Assembly: GCA_973895155.1 (NCBI GenBank)
Contig: OZ316898.1
Span: 9,101,079 to 9,165,078, forward strand
Length of the DNA: 64,000 bases
Direction of reading: 5' to 3'
Source of the DNA: Marsupella aquatica
Taxonomy: Eukaryota > Plantae > Marchantiophyta
The notes beneath the pieces were generated by a model, which searched no databases, was not told where the DNA came from, and was given only the letters and a program-made list of their open reading frames with translations. The translations under genes were made by a program, and so were the position numbers. Within the stretch, counting starts at the first letter, position 1. The number at the start of each line of letters is the position of its first letter. This document shows, piece after piece, positions 50,419 through 63,211 of this stretch.

Positions 50419-50923
50419 ACCGCTATTCATTCAGGCTGAGTCGACACAGCCCAACTGGCATGAATGTAAACTACAAATACCAGTCATGAGAGGATGCGAA
50501 CGTCAAGTTATTCATGAGGTTGTAGTTTCAATCTCTGCTCGATCCTGGCCTGAGTCCGCAACTCTTCATGAAGTGATTGCCTGCTCTACAGCTAGACTCG
50601 AATTGGACCTCAGCTTCAATCTCTTGATCGCCTACCTCTTTTTGTCGATACTTCGTGAACCGAGTGTCTGCTTTGCAAGAAGAATCGCATCGAGCATCAT
50701 CTTCGAAGGGCACTAGCTTACAGTACGTAGCCTGCCGCGGCAAGGTCACCTAATTTCATCAGTAAGTACTAAGTATGTGTACTCCAGCCTGATCTTCTTC
50801 CACGTCTGCTTTTGCTGCTCCGATCTACGCACAGACAATTGTATCATTTCCAGATTGAAATTTTTAGCCTGCCAAGTGCTTGATAACGCTCGTACTAGGT
50901 CCCTGTTGCCACAACTTGTAACT

Positions 50924-51220
50924 TGTGAGTATCAACGACGGTATGCACTCTCTCTGGTGAAGACTCATGTGCCTTCCACTTTTCTCATGATACGCTTGTG
51001 AGTTTTCAACCATAGTATGCATTCTCTCTTGAAGACTCATATGCCTTAGACGCTTGTCTAATGATGCACCTGTGAGTATCAAACCATAATGTGCATTGCA
51101 CACTCGTATGCCTTAATTAGACACTTGTCTCATGATGCACTCCTGAGTATCCGACCGTGGTGTGCATTTCCTTGTGAAGGCTCATATGCCTTCGACACTT
51201 TTCTCAGTATGCATTCTAAC
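50924..51220 (+). repeat. ~73-bp tandem repeat x4 inside a predicted 5'-UTR intron
   Basis: tgagtatc..cc.t..t.tgcatt...gaagactcatatgcctt.gacac.t.tctcatgat units at about 50924, 50997, 51071, 51143. Confidence 0.8.
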
Positions 51221-51286
51221 CTGAGTGGCAGTAGTGTGTTGATACTGTAAGAATCTGATATTTGTGCGCTTGTCCTGTCTCTAGGG

Positions 51287-51526
51287 ATGACGCAATGCTG
51301 CCACAACTGCTGCGGAGCATCAGCGCACCAAGGCTCAAAGTATTGTGTGACGCATATCAGACATTTCAATTCCAAGAACATTAAGTTTGGGGATACATAC
51401 ACCTGCGACAACAGGGGCTGTCCAACAGAGCATACCTATCTACAACCTGGAAGTACTGCCAACCACTCTCATGCCTGCTCAAAGTGCAATACACATACCT
51501 GTAGAAATAAGAACCGATGCCGGTAA
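51287..51526 (+). CDS. Putative 79-aa Cys/His-rich metal-binding microprotein, unknown family
   Basis: 11 Cys and 8 His. Acceptor ttgtcctgtctctag ends 2 nt before the ATG, donor gtaagt at 50762, AATAAA at 51795. Confidence 0.55.
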   Translation: MTQCCHNCCGASAHQGSKYCVTHIRHFNSKNIKFGDTYTCDNRGCPTEHTYLQPGSTANHSHACSKCNTHTCRNKNRCR

Positions 51527-53869
51527 ACCCCATGCATGCAGGTAGCCAGCTTCTCTTATTCGAGATGGGCCAGATCAAAGGAGTACTCACGTATGATTAA
51601 CAACTGTGTACAAAGTGAGTACGGAATCCACAAGAAGGAGGTCGCTAGCGTGGCCATACCTGCGTATTCTGTTGACTTAGGCAGTGCCGTTCTGACATTG
51701 GCTTCACCGAGAGAAGTTAAATATTTAGTGTTGAAGACTACTACAGACTAGTACTTGTACGTTCTTCGCTTAGCGTTGTTGTTTCTGCAAGGGAAATAAA
51801 GTTGACGTATTTGTACAATGACGAGATGCGGAATGTAAGTCAGCTAGCAATCTGCCAAGCGTTGCGGTACTGCAATAATTCAATTGCATGTGTTTTAGTG
51901 TAAAGACTTCAATCAGCTCCAAATTAAGTGGCTAGGTGCCTCTTTGGGGAGATTCACATCCACGGCGGACATAATTAGTCAAATTTCATGGTGTAGATTA
52001 CACTTCCAGTTATGTTAGTTTGCCCCTTCTGCCCGGTTGAGTTCTTGTGGCATAATGCTGGGTTTCCATGGACTGTAAATTCATCCGTTTAGGTTTCTTC
52101 CCGTAAGGACGAAAAGAAATGAAACGAGCCATAGCAAAGGAGGACACACGATATTATAAGCCTCTATCGAGTAACTCTTGTAATTAACTGAGCAAATTCG
52201 AGTGTCTACGGAAATAGATTCTAGCATTGTTTATCATGATTAAGCTGCTCCTTCTAAATGGTCAACTAAAGAATTGCAGAGGGGCACGAAACGAAATCAG
52301 GAGGTCAATCTACGTAGGGAAATTAATTGCGTAGATTTTAAATAGGCAGTTAGGTGCCTTCAACTGTATTCCTTGGAGTAGAAACCTGACATCTTGATCG
52401 CAGTTCGAGCTATATATAAAATAAGTGTAACTATTTTATAGAATGTCAGTGAATGAATTCGGGATCCTGCCAAAGATTCAGGCATTTTGTGGAAATGTAG
52501 GCATTTTGGTAGAACTTCTGGGCATGGGCATGAGTTGCTCTGTCAAAACATCAGCGGTGACTGCACTCCACGAAATTTAGTAGAAATGCTTGGATGCATG
52601 AATTGCTCTCTCATAATACTACTGGTGATACTCCACGAAGCACATAATTGGGATTTTCTTTATCTTATCATTAAAAACTTGGTTGGGGATCTATGCGATG
52701 CATGTTCATGTCAATAAAATTTTTATCTGATAAATATAATGATCCGCCAAGAAAATAATTTTAATCTTTTATCTAATGCCTAAATTTAAATTAATTATTA
52801 TCCAAAAACATAATCTTGCTGACAATTTAAATTGCAAGAAAGACGTGTCGTTCAAGAGAGAGAATTCGAAAACCTCACATTGCACCTGTTGAAGGGTTGG
52901 CGGCTATCACAACAGTGATATCAGAAAGACCCCTGGATAAATGGAGTACACAATGAATCCTTCATGTAGCAGCTGCTTCATCAACTCGGCTATCCAACCG
53001 AAGAAAACAATACTCGTCTGGAGATGCGCAAAATACATGTAACTGTATCGTTCACTCACACATTGGGATCAGGATATATCAAAATGATGGGTACTTTGAC
53101 TCTGACGTCAAGCGTCAGTTCTGGAGGGGCAAAAGTTGAGTGGAAACGCCTGTGCAGACAAGACTCCTATGCTCAGTCTAATAGACAGCTGTTAAATGTG
53201 TGCAGTAATACTATGCTCCATTGGTTGTTTTGCTGGAGGGGTAAAAGCTGACTTAAAAAAGGACTGTGCACACAAGATTCATTTGCTCGACCTAACAGAC
53301 AGCATTAAATATGTAGAGTAATATTTGACTCAATTACTTTTTTAACGTACGGAACACGCCCTCCTCTCCCGTCATCAATGTGAAGGACGTTCTAAATCTC
53401 CATTACAGACGATCAATTGGACGTCCGTCACGTTCTCCTTGCAAAGTTAGTGATATCGGCAAGTTAAACAAACGCTGTGAACCAGTGTTGAGTTAGCAAA
53501 AGACGATTGCCAGATACAGCGCAATTTGAGTCTGACAACAAAATATATTACTAAAAGATCGTCTTGTTACCCTTTCAGATGATGAACCAGCTGCAATCAT
53601 AAATTCCTGAGCCTAGAAACAGTCACAATATCTGTTCATGAGACTGCCGGGAAAGGACTTCGTACTTTTGTAGTTGTTTCAAGCCCAAGGAGAAAACGAG
53701 AAACTTGTGCAAATATTTAGTCCTGGCTGGCTGACAGAACGAATCAATAAACACGTTCCAAACTTAAGGAAAGAAAGGACGGCTGAAGAAAAAGGACTCT
53801 CAAGTCCACAGGAGAAGGAACGAAGGAGTCAACTGGTTTGCAGACCGAGGAGACAATGCCCTAATCAAG

Positions 53870-56800
53870 AAACATATAGTTGATGACCATATGACTCCAT
53901 AGAGTAGAGCATAAACTCCAACAATTCTAACCCTAACATTTGACTGGAAACTATGGACACTGATTTTCTGTGCCACTCTGGGCATTCAAACACCCAGGTG
54001 TTTCTCAGCCTATGCTCTAGATGATGGTCCACAAACACACACAGAGAGTCATGTACTTTTGACAAGGCCTCTGATGAGGGAAAAGTCCATTGTCATGTTC
54101 TCAAATTAGTGACGATATTTTTTGTGAAAATATGTCGTGTGAAATTAACAGAGTGTGTCCTTTATTTCCTGGTCCTTTAATTGGTCCAAGTTTGATATTA
54201 TTAGTTCAAAGCAGTAGCATCAATAAACATAGAGTGGGCTATGCCTTTCTATTCCATCAAAAATCTCACCACTCCCTGCAAATTATCATGAGAACAGCCT
54301 AGGATTAGAGCAATAAACAATTATTTCAACCTTACTATATTGCCAGTACCCCATTCTGTCTCCAAAACCCATACATTCAAAACCAAAGGGTATGTAACCT
54401 TACCTGCAACATGCGCCCTCTAGAATCGAGCCCCTCCATTGCGTCAGGCACTGGGTCCCCAAGCATCTTCTAAGCAAACCCTCCCGGGAACCCTCCAGAA
54501 GCTAGTAGTGACCAGCCTTTGCTCATTGTTGTTGTAGTCCAACCCTCTTGTCTACTTCCGATATAGAAAAGACGTGCAATCTCTACCAAAAGTACCCCAA
54601 GTGGACATTCCAAGTTCAGAGTGGAGACTAATGTCCATCTCATGGAGAAAATGGGGCACACAATACAATATGAATTCGGTGAACACATAGACAAATTCTC
54701 TCACTCCTTGCTTATCATCACCCTTTCTGCATTTGTTCCTGCCCGGCTGATTTGTCTGACACCCTCCCTCACCTTTTTGGGGTTTGTGGTCCATGGAGGA
54801 TAAAGCATCTGCCTCCTATTATTGTCACAGACAACCCTTGGTTCCTAGAAGTCCTTGGTGCTGTGACTGGTTAGTCTCAGTTCCTCCCCGAGTTCCTCTT
54901 AATTGTGGGATTTGTACTTACTCCACCGAGTGCTCATCTTACAATTTTTACATGTCGCATGACCAGTAACAGCCAGCCCCAAATTTTCATTGGGTGGGAT
55001 GATCTCTAGACAAGTGAAAACTACAAGAACTGCGCGCTCTTAGAACATTGTTCTTCTCAAACACTACAAAGGTATCATGTAGTAGTTCCACATGATAATT
55101 TTAATACACCTGAATGTCATCCGGACCATGTAAAACTGAAGTTCTTTTATGAATGGTTATAATAAACATCCAAGCATTTCAGCTTTTTTTCCCCTTACAT
55201 CATCATCATCACAGGGCGGGATGAAGAGAACAAAAATGGGGTGGTCATCCTGATTGTGCCCTGGCATTTATCACTTGAACCTCCATAGTCCATGTGCTTT
55301 TGTGGGCAGTGAAATTCCATCCCAGTGTGCCATGAGTGCAATGTTTTTGTAGGTCACCTTGCACACACGTTTAGATGGGTGAATGGAATTTCTGTTGTAA
55401 CGGGTTACCCCATTATCCCGCTAATACCCCACTATTACCGCCATAAGACCCTGCTAGTACTACCCCACTATTATTCCAACAATGCAAGCACTAGATGACT
55501 GACCTTCGTGTGTTGCTTTGGGGCAGTAACTATAGATCCGCAATCTATGCATTGGAAATTGTATTGTTTGGATACAGAGTCCCAATTGGCTGAGTGTATC
55601 CAACAACTCACTGCATTTTTTGAGTCAGTGTTATTGCATAGCATGCATATTAACATTCTCTGCACAAGCTAGGAACCTCAAACTTGTCCTGGTGGTAGCC
55701 ATCCCACCATTAATTCCTTCTACAACAAACTAGCCAAGGTGTTATCTGTTCAAAATCAAGTGTCTTTGCCCCTCTACATTTATCACAGTATTCATTAAAA
55801 CTGGAAATTTAAAAGTCCAGATTATTTGTGATCCTCAAATTTACATTCTTGTCTCTAAACAGTCCATTAATTTTGCTCCAAATAAACAATTTTGCAACAC
55901 TAAATATACACTCTTTTTGGTTTAAAATTACACTTTTGCACTCCAAATTTGATTTTAATCAATTAATCATAATACAGAAAATATTAATATTAATTGTATT
56001 TGAAATTAAATAGATAAGTGACACACATGTATCATTTGGTCAAAAACTCATGATTAAATTCAAAGTGAGATTAATCATCTCATTTATCATAACATATATT
56101 CAAGGTTGGCTAGCCATAATGTCGATCCTACTCCAATGGTCAAGCTAGTGTAAAGTCCAAAGTAGTTCTATGACTTGTGAAATAGAAAAATGATTGCATG
56201 ACTCCAATATTGTGTCCTACAATGTACAGAAACATAATGATTATCATCTAAAATTTCAAATTCTATGCCTCCATGAATATGTCTACATGACTGATTTGAA
56301 CAAGTGAGTCGCTCTCCATTTGGGTCATATAGTCTGTCACGAGTGCAAGTGTCTTTGGGATAACGGTTTTTAAACTTAGAGGTGAGATCCCTAGTCTTTA
56401 GAACTTCCCAGACAAATCCACTAGTAGAAACCGGGGCAATTTAGACCATACCTTATAGGACTATGCCCACTAAGTCCTTTTTCCATACTTAAAACGACTA
56501 GCACCCATTGCACCGGTTTTGTTGAAGACTAGAAAAGACTATGAGAGTTTTATGGTTCACTAAAAGACTATGAGAAGTAACCTTGCTACTTTGTGAAGGG
56601 TGAATAGTCTAGCACATCATGGGTAATGTTCACTCTATGTTGAGGAGGGGTAATTCTCCTTCATCTTTGAGCCGAAAGCACCGACGTCTATCGAGTGCCA
56701 AAGAACTGCTGGAGATCGAGCGAATTCACACTCTCAGATGTGGGTCGTGTCAAATTGTTTCCTCCATTGATGGCAGCCTTCTGTGAGATTGATTTATACT

Positions 56801-56900
56801 GTGTGGCTATCTGGGAGTTTTGTCGACTCATTTGACACCGATACTCCCGTGATTTCCTCATACATAGTGCCACTGCCCCCCCGCATTGTGTTCAATCCCT
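53870..56900 (-). mobile_element. Decayed CACTA/EnSpm-like (CMC supergroup) transposase gene
   Basis: Minus-strand fragments in the expected order: NIALMAHWDG...TWTMEVQVINA (~55260-55350), PIFVLFIP...LDVY.*PFIKELQ, GHATCKNC, EFILYCVPH...LLVEIARLFY...GWT, HVAG|intron|SGEIFDGIERHSPLYVY*CYCFE. Many stops and frameshifts; TIRs not found. Confidence 0.6.
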
Positions 56901-59900
56901 ATAGCTTATAGCTGTACCACTCTTGGTGGCCCTTGCTCATGCCTTGGTTTTTTTTTCTTTTTCCCATTACAGTATACACCCCCTTCTTACTAATCAGGTG
57001 GATTAATTTAGTACTAGACAATGCTTTGACACTTTACACTTACACTATGCTGACCTACTGCGCCTTCTAGTGCTTATTCCCTAGTTGTTACTTGTTGCAT
57101 GGACCACTAGAAGAACGGCTTCGCAATCTTTGCCTGATCTGATGACCCTGGTTGAGTAACTCTTTGTTATTGCCTCCTTTGGGTGTTGAGGTTTTATGAT
57201 GCCATTTGGCCTACTGGTTCCCCCATCCGTGGGGTTCACGCGGAATAAATGTAAAATTTCAAACAAAAAAATAAATCTATAAAGAGGGTGATAGCAAGGG
57301 GCATAACTCATTAAATGTCCTTATTTGTGACCAAAAAGGTTTTGGGTTTAATGAAGTGGGGTTCATGGAGGTTGGACCATGGAGGGATGGTCAAGATATT
57401 CTTGGCCATTACTAAATCCATCTATAAAAGGTCAAGATGCACAAAGGTAGATTTGTACCGGTCCTTTTTCATACATTAGAGCTAGGTCACATTCTTGCAC
57501 CGGGAATATTGCATTTTAGGACCGGATATAATGTTGGGCAACCTTAATCCTGATTACGGCGTGCAATAAAATGTCACTACCGACCATGTATGTGCAAATA
57601 TGACCATTCATTGCCTAAGTTGGCCATGCAGTAACACTTTGTAGCTTTGTCCCACTTTGGGTGACACTCAACGGCTCACTCAAACGGTAAGGCTGAGTGG
57701 CTTCCCCTAATTCGGTTTCAGGCACTAAACTTCACTTTGGGAGTCTCTTTGGAGTTTTCGCCATTGTCATTGAACTTAGAACGTGAGGGGTGGAGTGTTC
57801 GGGGTTTTACGTAGGGTTTTCCTTTCAGTGTTGCCCACTTTTTGCGACCATTGCGGAGTGAACTTCCCGCGCGTTATGTGCTTGTTTATGCTCTCGAGGA
57901 GCAGTGTTCAGGCAGTTGCAGTGATCTAACCTTGCGCTTGCAGTCTACTCATAGACCTGCATTCCTGCTCGATCTCCTTTAGGGACATTTAGTTTTTGGC
58001 TGGTAGGGCGAAGAAGGTTGTGGCTGCTGCAACGTTCGTGAGGAGCTTGTCGGAGTTTGAGGAGTCGGAGGTTGGGGTTTCTTCAAGGTTTTGGGTGACA
58101 ATCTCGGTCACAGTTGTGGTATAGACCCTTTTGCTGCACCCATAACGAGCATCGGGAGGCCGTGAGGCTCATTGGGAGGTCCTTCAGTTGTCAAGCTGCC
58201 GTTGAGCTGGTGAAGTTGCATGCGGGTTGCATCTATTCTGTGGACACAGTCAATGTGGGAATCCATATTTTCATAGTGCTTGTTCTTGCAAACTGGGAGC
58301 CGAGAGTTTGGAGTCGGGAGCTAAGAAGGGTATTGTTAGGCTTCAATTACTCTGTGGTTTTCTCCAGCTCCATGGTACAGTTTCAATGTTAATGCTTTGT
58401 CCTTGTGCTGGTCTAGGTAGCGCGAGCTTCTACCTATTGCGCCCTCTTGCTGTAAGCGTATTGAGCTGCCAACTGAGTGATTCATACCTGTAGCTGCTTA
58501 CGCGTGATCAAGAGATTGAACAAATGCCTAGTGCTGTCCAGCAGGAGAAAACTCTTTTTGGTCACGATCGGGCGTTGGAATATAACTAAGTGCGGCAGAG
58601 CAACACGGGGAGCTGTAGAGTTGCAGACAAGACGCAACTACAGAGGAGGCATTGGGAAGGACACAACGGTGCGGTGAAGGTACAAGGACCGTGGACCCTA
58701 ACTTGTTTGCTGCCTTGGGAGGATCCGGAGAGCCCGAGGCGACATGCTTCATTGAGCCTGAGCTAGCTGAATCCAATCCAGGAGTTGTTGCGCTAAGGTG
58801 AGACTTTGAGTTTAGGGTTGCTTCAGTGTCCGAGTAGGTTTTCTCTTTGCGTCGGCAGCTAGAAGGTAAGCTCGGGGGCTTTACAAAGGGTTAGTGTTGC
58901 GGACTTTCCCTCCTGGACGTTGTGTGTCTTCATTTGCAACTTGTTTGTGGACCTGTGATCCTGAGACTGTCAAAATTGTTGTGGCCGCACTGACAACTTG
59001 ATGACGCGTTTTGTGGATGCACCGTTAGTAATCGCGAGTACAGCTCTCCAACAATTGCACTTACCATTTTTGACCACCTTGCATGATGTCCATCCGTGGG
59101 CTGGACCCCAAGAAGTAGATTTCGGTAGATTTCGGTAGATTTTGTCTCTGCCCCCGGTCCTCATTTTGTGCAATGTCCGCCTGGCACTTGGTTCTTGATC
59201 CCTACATTATCGTCTGCCGCTCGGCTGCTTGCGGAAGGGATCAAACAGATTGGAGGTGCTTGGTCTTTTCATTTTGAGTGTCAGAGTTTAGGAGGACAGC
59301 TTGCACCATCGCCGACAAGAATGACCTGCTTGCAGAACAAGAGGGACGAGCGTGAGCTGCTTGCAGAATAGGAGATTGACCGCGAGCACGAGCTGCTTGA
59401 AAAATAGGAGACTGAGGGCAACCTGCTTCTTTGTTGCTACTCTGGTTGCGCTGCTACATTGGTTGTTGATCTTCACCCACCCACTTGCCTACTCAATTGA
59501 CAGAGTACAGCTTTGTCTCTGCGTCTGTTATTGTTGTCTTTGTCCCTCCCCTTGAAATTGTGGGCCTTAAAAGGTCAGTAAGTTGGCTTATGTAGTTTTT
59601 ATGTCCCTCCGCTATGTCAATGTGTGTTTCATTGCATCAGGGCATCAGTCGCTGTTTGCCTATAACCGGACTGTTCATTCTCTGTCCACTCATTTGATGT
59701 AATTCTTCCCATTGCCACCCAATGCTATGGCGCCCATGCTACAATTTGTGGTTTTTGTCTAAGCACAAATCCTCTCTGTGCCTGGTCTCTGTGTCCCGTC
59801 ATTTGGATTGATTGTGTAGACGTTTCCTCTTCTCCCAGTCCTTGTCATCCACCAGCCAAAGCACATTGGATTGTTTTCAAGGGAGGGCTGTGTAGTTTGG

Positions 59901-60813
59901 AGGGTTTGATCTATGCAGCGGATTTGAGCAGATTGGCGGTTGTTAGTTTCTTCTTGTAAAACCTGTCTGTCTTTTCTGCTTTTGGCCATGCTCCTTCACT
60001 TCTTGCTGCAAGCTCAATGTGCTTCAGCTATGGCAATATTCACTTACCCTATCCCAACGGCACTACCGTGAGCTGTAGGACAGCCAACAGAAGCAGATTG
60101 TATCGATTGCATGTAAGTCAGGGTATTTTATGTATTGCGGAACAACTGTCCAAGTTTGCTGCAATGGCCGGTCTTGCGCAGCTGAATGAGCCAATTTCAT
60201 TTTCCCTGTGCACTTCTATTTCTCAAAGAATTCCCTGGTCATGCTCATTTCCCCCAGAGTTAGAAAACAAAGAAGAAGAGCTGACTAATTGTAATTCCAA
60301 TCCATATCCTGATCGGTCAAGGATTGTTCACTACATTGGCCTTGTCATTGGCCGAGGTCACCAAATTTTGCTTGGTTTCATTCCTGTGGAGCACTGCTGT
60401 GATGGATTTGTCGTAGCATTCTGCAAACTCTCACGGTTTGCTTATGGCCATTATTTGCAATTTGCTGCTACTAATATGTCTTCTTCTGAGCAGCATACAC
60501 CAGAAGTAAGCAATAGTGGAGGTTTAACTGCACATCAACACATCTAGTGAACTACCTCTCTGCTGCTCACTGGAGGGTGAGACTTTCACTCTTTCTGGAT
60601 ATTGTAGTTTGTAAGCAAGTTGATTAGGAGTGTTTCATGCTATGTTTACACTGTGACCCCTAGCTGGAACCAATGGAATGACACAGTGAGTGGGAACTGA
60701 TAATTTAAGGTTGGTTGTTGTTGGTGAGGCAAGTACAACTCCTGCTCACCTTGTTGATCGAAGGTGCTTATCAGAGGACGTGAACACACGACATCTCCAC
60801 AAAAGCAACACTT

Positions 60814-61263
60814 ATGGTGAGGACCCGCAACACTGAACATGTGCGGCTTGCACGCAAGGCAGAGATGTTGCGCCTTGAGTATGTCAGACTTGGGATCCTT
60901 CCAGCCCAGTCTGCATGGTACTTTGAGTACCCAGTTGTTGCCAGGAACAACTACAGCCGGCCTGTACCTGCTTCTCCACCCTTCCCAACATCCTTGGTAT
61001 TTCTGTCTCTCATACATGACCCGCCACAAATTAGGGCCCAAGGGTGTGTGCACAGTTGCCAATATGACTGTCCTGCCTGTAGGGCTTCTGGCCTAGAGTT
61101 GGATGACCGTTCTCTTGGATGTCGGTTTTTTCACAGAGCACAATGTATCATCTGGAACCACTCGCCATCCTGCAGTGTGCCTGGCGATGTCACTTGTCCT
61201 GCCCTCCCAGACCCCACCACCGGTCACTTTGGTGTCTACACATGTTTGGATCACACACTCTAG
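60814..61263 (+). CDS. Hypothetical 149-aa protein with basic N-terminus and Cys/His-rich C-terminal half
   Basis: ATG ORF shortly after candidate acceptors (60763, 60774); CVHSCQYDCPAC...GCRFFHRAQC...C...TCP...TCLDH. No family recognised. Confidence 0.35.
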   Translation: MVRTRNTEHVRLARKAEMLRLEYVRLGILPAQSAWYFEYPVVARNNYSRPVPASPPFPTSLVFLSLIHDPPQIRAQGCVHSCQYDCPACRASGLELDDRSLGCRFFHRAQCIIWNHSPSCSVPGDVTCPALPDPTTGHFGVYTCLDHTL

Positions 61264-61932
61264 AGGACCACTTGTCACACCGCATGCACAAACCAGAGAC
61301 CATTGACCTATAACTTAACACTTTGACTTGAACAGAGAGGATATTTACTTAAGATTTTGAATTATGACCAATTTTGGGTCCAGGGTTTAGGGTCAACAAT
61401 ACATAACTTATCCTATTATGGCTGCACTAAGTACAATATCCTAATTTAAGAGGCTAGCAAGCTCACTTAAAAGTCTCCTTTCAAAGACTGGAATTAATGG
61501 GCCATGTGATAACCTGGAAAAAGTGATTTATGCCTAACTTATTTGTCTCATTCACTATCATAGCCTATTTAGGATGTATAAATTACAACCCTGATCACAG
61601 TGCTTGATACCAATCCTGTTCAAAAAATGCCTGTTTTACATGTCACGACTGTTATATGTGATTCAAATGCATTAAATCTTGTTGCAGATCTCCTTTGGTG
61701 AATCATAGCCACAAAATTGAGGTGTAGGTGGAGCTATTGTACGAGGGGATCAGTTTTTAGTGTGGGCTCAACAAACCAAAAAGTATGTCTACTCTGCACA
61801 TGTGTGTGAACATTTCATTGCAGTAGCAATTGCCACTCTAGTCTATATGCTACACTGTACTTTTTGTACACTGCACTAAATTGTATTGTCCGTGCACTCT
61901 GCTAAATTGTACTATCTGTCTCATGCGTAGGC

Positions 61933-62613
61933 ATGGCACGCCCTAAAATCCGAGCCAAGAAGCGGGGGACAGAGGTGAGCAACACAGGTGTAGTTGGGCC
62001 AGATGGTAGTAACTTCTCCGCAAGTCAGATTTTCCAGAAGGCAGCTCATTGTTGTGCCATTTGTGACGATGGTGGTGGCTAAGCCATATGTGAGGGCCCT
62101 TGCATGAGGCATTTCCACCTCAACCTGGAGTCTGACCTTGCTGCAGAAAACAACTGTCCAGGGGTGGGCCTCCCGTCAGCACACCAGGGAGGCTGGATGT
62201 GCACTGATTGTTTGGAGAAGCAGGCTAAGTGTGCACAGTGTGGGAAGTTGGGGTCTTATGAGGGCTCTGTTGATGCTCCACCACTTGTTAGGAAATGCCC
62301 TGACAGATATTGTGTGAGGTTCTTTTGTTTTTCATGTTTGCCCGATCTTGCCACAGCTTGCCCACTTCATAAGTGCAAGGCATGTGGTCAGCACGATGAA
62401 GATTTCTGGGTGGACATAGTCCACTGTGTTAGGTGTCCCACCATGTGGCACTTTCATTGTTTGAAGGAGCATCAAGCAGAAGGCTATGCTTGTGACAGAC
62501 ACATCTATCATCACTCTGCACATGGTGTTGATCGATGGATCTTCTATTGTCATCGCCATGCCATAGATCCTACTTTGCACACTCCCATGAGAGATCACAT
62601 TTCTTGGCTTTGA
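61933..62613 (+). pseudogene. Stand-alone EDM2/NSD-type composite PHD-finger ORF (~226 codons) with one in-frame stop
   Basis: MARPKIRAKKR...CAICDDGGG*AICEGPCMRHFH...CTDCLEKQAKCAQCGKLGS...C...CVRFF...CPLHKCKACG...CVRCPTMWHFHCL...IFYCHRHAIDPTLHTPMRDHISW. Collinear with the EDM2 PHD region as I recall it. TAA at 62080-62082. Confidence 0.75.
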
Positions 62614-63211
62614 ACCTGAATAATATACATGCATAGTGCACCTGATGTGGATACCTTGGAGATTGCAGACATTCCAATTTTGAGAAGAAGGACCTCTGTA
62701 GGAGAGGATGCTTAGGCAACAAGTACCCTAAGTTCATTACTTGTTCCTGGGTACATGCCTTCAAAAACTGCCCTTAAGCCTTCTAGGAACTTTTTTAACT
62801 CTGCAATCATTTTGATCACGACTTACATGACACTGCTTAAATTAAATCAGGACTTCTCATTATGAGCATATAAGTTACAAGGCTATTTAATTTGCGAGAA
62901 TTCCCTTAAAGTGTACCAACATTTTGTATTCTCATTGAATGTCTGCCCATTTACAACATCCGTATGTGGCATCACAAAACAATTGCACTTGTCACCTTCA
63001 ATATTGTGAAGGCACATATTCAAACTATGAGGTGCATGCTTGCAGGTGTCTAGTACGTTTGTCCCAATATTTCTCCCGTTTGGAATTGGAGCAGAGACTC
63101 ACCAGATGACTGGACTGGACCAAGTTATAAATGCAGCATTTTAAGGGCCCTCCGATTATCAGGTGAACGCATTATCTTCCGGTCTGCAGTGATTAGGTGG
63201 CCCGTGTGTAC

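Noticed and set aside
60017-60547. 176-aa ORF as another cargo gene
   Set aside because: No motif recognised and it spans intron-like sequence with a donor at 60113; cannot be supported, though not excluded.
62080-62082. Stop codon repaired by U-to-C RNA editing
   Set aside because: The locus is nuclear and plant U-to-C editing is organellar; C-to-T decay is simpler.
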